A DNA stretch of 64,000 nucleotides from Owenia fusiformis (Eukaryota): NCBI GenBank assembly GCA_903813345.2, contig CAIIXF020000001.1, positions 16,244,001 through 16,308,000 on the forward strand, given 5' to 3'. Of the stretch, positions 60,577-64,000 are shown piece by piece. The translations under genes and the position numbers were made by a program. How positions within the stretch are numbered: position 1 is the stretch's first letter; each line of letters opens with the position of its first letter. A model generated the notes under the pieces. The model searched no databases. It was not told where the DNA came from and saw nothing but the letters and a program-made list of their open reading frames with translations.

Positions 60577-61056
60577 AACTGCTTTATCCTATGCCAAGTA
60601 GAGTTTTAGGGAGATAAGTTGGTAAGATATATCCCGTATCCTGATTTTGAGGTTTCAATATCCTGAACTATCTCCCGCCATATCTCCCGCTCCAGGGCAT
60701 ATCTTCCCGCTCCGAAAAAAAATTGAAAAAATAAGAAAAAATTGAAAAAAAGAAAAAATGTGAAAAAAAAATTGAAAAAAAGAAAAATTGAAAAAAGAAA
60801 AATAATGGAAGAAAATTTGAAAAAATTAGAAAAATGTGAAAAAAAAATTGAAAAAATAAAAAATAATTGAAAAAAATTGATAGAAAATTAGAAAACTACT
60901 TGGTATAGGATAAAGCAGTTATGTACGGTCGGTTTGGATATTGGGTTCATCCCTCGTGAGATATGCACATCTACCTTCGGTCCCTACGGTCCCTCAGGTA
61001 GATATGCATATCTCCCTCTGGACAAACCCCATATCCAAAACCTCCCAGTACATAAC
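60577..61056. mobile_element. Element with terminal IR plus adjacent long hairpin (C), A-rich low-complexity interior
   Basis: AACTGCTTTATCCTATGCCAAGTA (60577-60600) and TACTTGGTATAGGATAAAGCAGTT (60897-60920), followed by an imperfect palindrome at 60918-61056. Confidence 0.6.
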
Positions 61057-61470
61057 CCTCTTTTGATTGAGGAAAACCAGCATGGTACCCGTTGAGAGAT
61101 GGTTAAATCCCTTGGTAAACAAGCTTTGTACCATTTAGGACCAACCTAGATATATATAGATTATATTTACATACGCATCTTTTGAATTACATTGACTTCT
61201 AAAAATATGATCTTAGACATTTAGAGACACACATCGGGATTTTGACATGTAATTTGTAAGCTTCCTTGGTCGACCCAAACAATAGTCTTGCCATAACGAT
61301 GTCTCCACATTGTGGACGTAACATATCCGAACATGAATTATAATAGAGCAACCAGAGAGAAAAGACAAAGGAGCCATCTTAAGAGAACATAAACAACATC
61401 AAATTGAATAAAAAATGCAACAGGGATGTCCAACGAGTGTATTAGATAAAATGAGTAACTTCAAATACTA

Positions 61471-61646
61471 AGCCTCACAATCACATTTGCTCTACGGAGG
61501 GCGTACGGCGGCCGTAGCTTCAGAAAATCGATATCAGAAATCTGTATCGTACTGCTTATCCCTATTATTTTATGCTGCATGTTTCTCACGATTTTGGGGA
61601 GCTACGGCCACCATACGGTTGCCGTAGATTCAATGTGACTGAGGCA
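61471..61646. mobile_element. PIF/Harbinger-like MITE
   Basis: Imperfect TIRs GCCTCA..TCACATT..CTACGG / CCGTAG..AATGTGACTGAGGC with TAA/TTA flanks. Confidence 0.45.
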
Positions 61647-62216
61647 TTAGGTGGAATATTATGTCAAGAGTATTATTACATGGGTAAGCCTACATTGTCT
61701 TGGATTGCGTGTGAAACATATTATTTATGATCACTGTGATGATCAGATGCTAACAAACATGCCATTTATAGTTCTGATTTTGAGTCTGACAGTGAGTGAG
61801 ACGGATTAGGAAGATTTAACAAACTGATTCAACATCAAGCAAAACAGGACTGATACCTCAATAAAGTCTACACGCCGTTCTAATTGTGTCTAAATTGTGC
61901 GGTCATTTCAAAGTTAATAGACTTGATGCGAGTAGAAATGATCTTGATTTACCTCATTAAATATTAAATATTCAAAATTCAGTCAACGTGATGTCATATT
62001 TGAAATCTACATGTAAAAATACATCCAAAATATGGTTTCGAAAATTGTTTATCAACTTTGAAAATTTAATATTTTTTGAAAATGTGACTTCTGGTTCGGG
62101 TTGATTCCCACCACATTACAAAATCAATAAAAGTGAAATATCTTTTCTTGTATTGGACATATAACATTTTCTTTTACTGGACATACTTTAATTTGCATAA
62201 CTATTCGATACATAAG

Positions 62217-63203
62217 CACGGGGTACCATCGAATAATTTTGGCAACGTACCGGAGAACGACATTTTCTAAGAAATGGCAATAATTTAGCACAATATATAT
62301 TTTTAACTAGAGTTCTATTTTGATTTTGACAAAAGTAAGTATTCCATGCAATAACTATTTCATTCATGAGTTTGTAGGAATTCTGTTGGAACCCAGTTCT
62401 GATCAAGTACGAAGTTATTGAAATCGGCGCAGACGGACTTTACTCCGAAAGATGGTTTTTCGATTGTAACTTTTCACAACATTTAAGTATAGACTTTTGA
62501 AAAAAGTACAGAATAGTCCTTATACTTTTGAATAATTCTATTATTTCTGATTCACACGACTCTGATTTGTTTAATTAAAAAAAAGTTTTAAAAATATTAC
62601 TTAGGAACGTAACCGGAGCTGGGAACGTAACCGGAGCAGATCAGTTGAATTATTTAATCAAAAAAATTAAAATATATGATTTAAAGCACATATACTAATT
62701 TAAAAACATACGGGATTGTTCGAATGCGTATTTATTAATATGCTTTAAATCATATATTTTATTTTTTTAAATTATATAATTCAACTGATCTGCTCCGGTT
62801 ACGTTCCAAGCTCCGGTTACGTTCCTAAGTAACTTTTTTTTAAATTAAACAAATCAGAGTCGTGTGAATCAGAAATAACAGAATTATTCAATAGTATAAG
62901 GACTATTCTGTACTTTTTTTCAAAAGTCTATACTTAAATGTTGTAAAAAGTTATAATCGAAAAACCATCTTTCGGAGTAAAGTCCGACTGCGCCGATTTC
63001 AATAACTTCGTACTTGATCAGAACTGGGTTCCAACAGAATTCCTACAAACTCATGAATGAAATAGCCATTGCGTGGAATACTTACTTTTGTCAAAATCAA
63101 AGTAGAACTCTAGTTAAAAAATATATTGTGCTAAATTATTGCCATTTCTTAGTAAAATGTCGTTCTCCGGTACGTTGCCAAAATTATTCGATGGTACCCC
63201 GTG
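62217..63203. mobile_element. 987-bp foldback element with CAC...GTG termini and 5-bp TSD (Transib-like, non-autonomous)
   Basis: ATAAG (62212-62216) + CACGGGGTACCATCGAATAATTTTGGCAACG ... CGTTGCCAAAATTATTCGATGGTACCCCGTG + ATAAG (63204-63208); arms of about 470 bp around a short spacer. Confidence 0.8.
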
Positions 63204-63747
63204 ATAAGGGCTATATGAAAATTGAACCACTAAAACATATGTAATTTAGGTTAAAGGGAACTTTCTGCTATACCCGCCAGAATGCTATCTGACCCGAGCG
63301 AGCCACCTGGTGGTATAAACTGGGGGACTCGCATTTGCGTTATTGATTTACAATAGATTAACTGTGGGATTTTCAATCAAGAATTGTCTAGACTAGTAGC
63401 CACAAGCAAGAATAAATTCAATAAAACTTTCACCTGACGAATACTTCTAATAAATGTCAAAGTCTAAATACCGATCAAAACATCTTTATCCCAACGATAG
63501 GGATACAAAGAAGCCGTCTGTCTGTCCGTCTGGAGCATACTTAATTCAAATATCACGCAGATTACACACGGATAATTAATTGAACTATACTCCGGATGGA
63601 CAGACACCAGGGTTTGTTTAAAAAACAAACAGTCGGATGACCGGATACGTTCCTACCACAGGGTTAGGAATTTGACTTTTTCATTTTATGACTAAAAACA
63701 CCCAACTGACCTCCAACTCAACGTACCAGTAATACAACCAATCAAGT

Positions 63748-63790
63748 AAACAACCAACCAACCAACCAACCAACCAACCAACCAACCAAC
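63748..63790. repeat. (CAAC)n microsatellite
   Basis: About 9-10 near-perfect CAAC units. Confidence 0.9.
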
Positions 63791-64000
63791 TTATCTACCA
63801 ATAAACCAACCGCCAAAACAAACATCGATATTCTGTCAATCACTCGGGCAATATTTCAAGCAACTAACGTTGTAATGTACATCGTGCGTTAACTGACAGA
63901 TAAAAACGTCAATAACGTTTGATTGTGCGTCCGTAGAAATCATCATCGTAGAAAACAACAATCGTCGCTATCTTGTCAATCACGCAGACAATAAATCAAG

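Overview
AT-rich, intron-rich animal genomic DNA (probably a marine invertebrate; species not identifiable from the sequence alone). Most of the window (583-45711, +) is a 5'-truncated CFAP74 gene, for which 39 coding exons could be traced in continuous reading frame. It contains one clear U12-type (minor spliceosome) intron and several candidate microexons or alternative exons. One intron carries a young, full-length 10.0-kb Ty3/Gypsy LTR retrotransposon (minus strand, intact 1670-aa Gag-Pol, TACA target duplication), inserted into a 61-bp minisatellite built from copies of the exon's own splice donor. Another intron carries, antisense, two tightly linked intronless ORFs: a 311-aa putative glycosyltransferase-like membrane protein and a 420-aa galactose-3-O-sulfotransferase. 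This pair is the best candidate for an undescribed system (a nested, possibly bicistronic glycan-modification cassette). Downstream lie a minus-strand coiled-coil ORF and a 7-exon uncharacterised gene (+). Non-autonomous elements are abundant: Helentron-associated HINEs, Tc1/mariner and pogo-like MITEs, a CACTA-like MITE, a Transib-like foldback with a 5-bp TSD, and three IR-plus-hairpin elements. All calls come from reading the sequence by eye; no database search was run.
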